64,000 bases of DNA. Origin: Patescibacteria group bacterium (GTDB taxonomy: Bacteria > Patescibacteriota > Minisyncoccia > UBA6257 > 1-14-0-10-40-38). How positions within the stretch are numbered: the first letter of the stretch is position 1; the number at the start of each line of letters is the position of its first letter. This document shows positions 60,487 through 64,000 of this stretch, piece after piece. The stretch is from positions 336-64,335 of the forward strand of contig JBBTRX010000001.1 of the NCBI GenBank assembly GCA_038064975.1, written 5' to 3'. A program made the translations under genes and the position numbers. Below the pieces are notes generated by a model that was not told the origin of the DNA, did not search any database, and saw only the letters and a program-made list of their open reading frames with translations.

Positions 60487-60795
60487 TTATTCCCCTGCTT
60501 CTGGTGTAAAAACGTGAGGAACTTTTAGTAATCCATTGTCGTGTTCAGGAAATTGACGTACCGCACGATCCCCTCCCGGCAAAGTTTCGCCCGAAATATC
60601 ATCACGCATAACATTTTTTACCATCGTACCTCCAGACATAGGAAGCACTAATTCAGTATCAAGTGTTTTTAATTCGTCAAAATGAGCCAAAATACGCTCT
60701 AAATCATGAGCAAGCTTCTCCTCCTCGTTGCCGTGGAGATTAAGGCGGGCGAGCTTTGCAAGATGTTCTATTTCTTTTTTTCCGATATGAGACAT
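60487..60795 (-). CDS. gatC: Asp/Glu-tRNA amidotransferase subunit C
   Basis: EIEHLAKLARL, MRDD, KVP; upstream of gatA. Confidence 0.93.
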   Translation of the reverse strand: MSHIGKKEIEHLAKLARLNLHGNEEEKLAHDLERILAHFDELKTLDTELVLPMSGGTMVKNVMRDDISGETLPGGDRAVRQFPEHDNGLLKVPHVFTPEAGE

Positions 60796-60900
60796 GTGCC
60801 ATCAGTATAATACGTACGCGCTGAATTGGGCAATAAAAAAACTCCCGGTTGTTCGGAACAATCGGGAGTCTGTAAGAAGGCATCATCTGCGTAAGAGCTA

Positions 60901-61389
60901 CTATTCTTGAGCTTTTTCCGGAGAAGCGCTGAGATTTGCCGATGGAAATGGAGCAGGTAGAGGAGGAAAACCCTTAATGTTAACTGGAACTACCCCTTCA
61001 TCACTCATGATGATCATAGTACCAATTTCTATTCCATCTCCACGATTACCATTCCGAGCTGATAGAAAATGATTACTCGTAAAGCGTCCTTCGATAACTT
61101 TTCCCTTCTTCGTCTGCGAAGTAATAAAGGTCTTCGGTCCATCTTTCTCGGGATGCACCGAGTCAAAGACGGTGACCACCTTTACGAGCTGACCTTTCTC
61201 CGGAAGAGGAAAATGAGGATGTTTCTGCATACCATTATAGTAGGCAGAAAATGCGGAAGCCACGAGCGCAATCATTGCAAGAAGAACGCTAACACCGCGG
61301 AAAGATGAAAGCGACGTACCCTTTTTCCAAGACATAGCAAATAGAGTCATCAACCCACCCGCAAGCAAGACCCACGTAATCAACCCCAT
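60901..61389 (-). CDS. Hypothetical membrane protein
   Basis: Two N-terminal TM helices; GGAGG SD. Confidence 0.55.
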   Translation of the reverse strand: MGLITWVLLAGGLMTLFAMSWKKGTSLSSFRGVSVLLAMIALVASAFSAYYNGMQKHPHFPLPEKGQLVKVVTVFDSVHPEKDGPKTFITSQTKKGKVIEGRFTSNHFLSARNGNRGDGIEIGTMIIMSDEGVVPVNIKGFPPLPAPFPSANLSASPEKAQE

Positions 61390-61471
61390 AAGAACCCTCC
61401 TAGTAAAGAACTATGCGAAGCGGGATTGCTTTGCTTGCATAATATACTATATTTACAAGAGATTAGTCAAG

Positions 61472-63535
<2,064 letters not shown>

Positions 63536-63653
63536 CTAACAATAAATAATTAAAATATATCAATGCTAATATACTAACGGTATTAATGATATAAATAAAG
63601 GAAATTAACGACGAATGATTGTAAATAATTGAAAGTAGAGAGTATGAGTAATT

Positions 63654-64000
63654 ATGAATCATAATAAGAAATTAGGAAGAGAAATCAAAAATTCACAAAA
63701 AGGACAGGTGATGCTTTTTTCTGTTCTAGTGATTTCCGCCGTGTTTTTGAGTGTTACCGTCATCGCTGGCCTTCTTGTGGTAAATCAATTAAGCCAAGTG
63801 ACGCGCTCAATTGACTCTGCGTCCGCTATTTATGCGGCTGATGCCGCGGTAGAGCGAGGTCTTTTCTACGCTAATCGTTGCATTAACGATGTTAAACCGA
63901 CTGGATGGCCAGAAGATATCAAGGAATTCTGCGATCAAATAGGAAATCAAGAGCCTGATACAAATGGGGGCTTTCCTCCTTTATTCTTAAATGGAGCGAC
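63654..64000 (+). CDS. PilX-like minor pilin (3' end runs off the window)
   Basis: Hand translation: ...NSQKG-QVMLFSVLVISAVFLSVTVIAGLL...SASAIYAADAAVERGLF, a class III signal plus PilX N-terminal motif. Confidence 0.75.
   Translation, partial: MNHNKKLGREIKNSQKGQVMLFSVLVISAVFLSVTVIAGLLVVNQLSQVTRSIDSASAIYAADAAVERGLFYANRCINDVKPTGWPEDIKEFCDQIGNQEPDTNGGFPPLFLNGA

Overview
Chromosomal segment of a Patescibacteria (CPR) bacterium, most likely Parcubacteria/Paceibacteria, using genetic code 11. The taxonomy is inferred from gene content, the short SMC, secE-nusG-rplK without rplA, Shine-Dalgarno-poor core genes and CPR-style intergenic repeats. Most of the window is housekeeping: groESL, cysS-dnaB-recR, mraZ-rsmH-ftsL-ftsI-murF, rplJL, rpsP-khpA-trmD, rpmF-nusB-rnc-smc, dnaE, thrS, gatCAB, thyX, dcd, gyrB, murD, ligA and 5 tRNAs. 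Single ORFan cassettes are scattered among these. The main accessory feature is a complete diversity-generating retroelement (40386-42899). It has an RT, an avd gene on the opposite strand, a TR (41793-41915) and a VR (42313-42435) that differ at 15 positions, all TR adenines. A C10 tract currently puts the likely avd start out of frame, a structured RNA leader precedes the TR, and an orphan Mu-Gam gene sits next door. Other highlights are two orphan DGR-target-like genes and a small structured element at the 3' ends of tRNA-Glu and rplK that carries both an antisense and a direct copy of the host gene end. There are also three tandem secreted 7-repeat disulfide-rich proteins, an 88-bp inverted intergenic repeat pair, a monomeric mitochondrial-type PheRS and a LAGLIDADG endonuclease. 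All alignments and counts were done by eye; no database searches were run.
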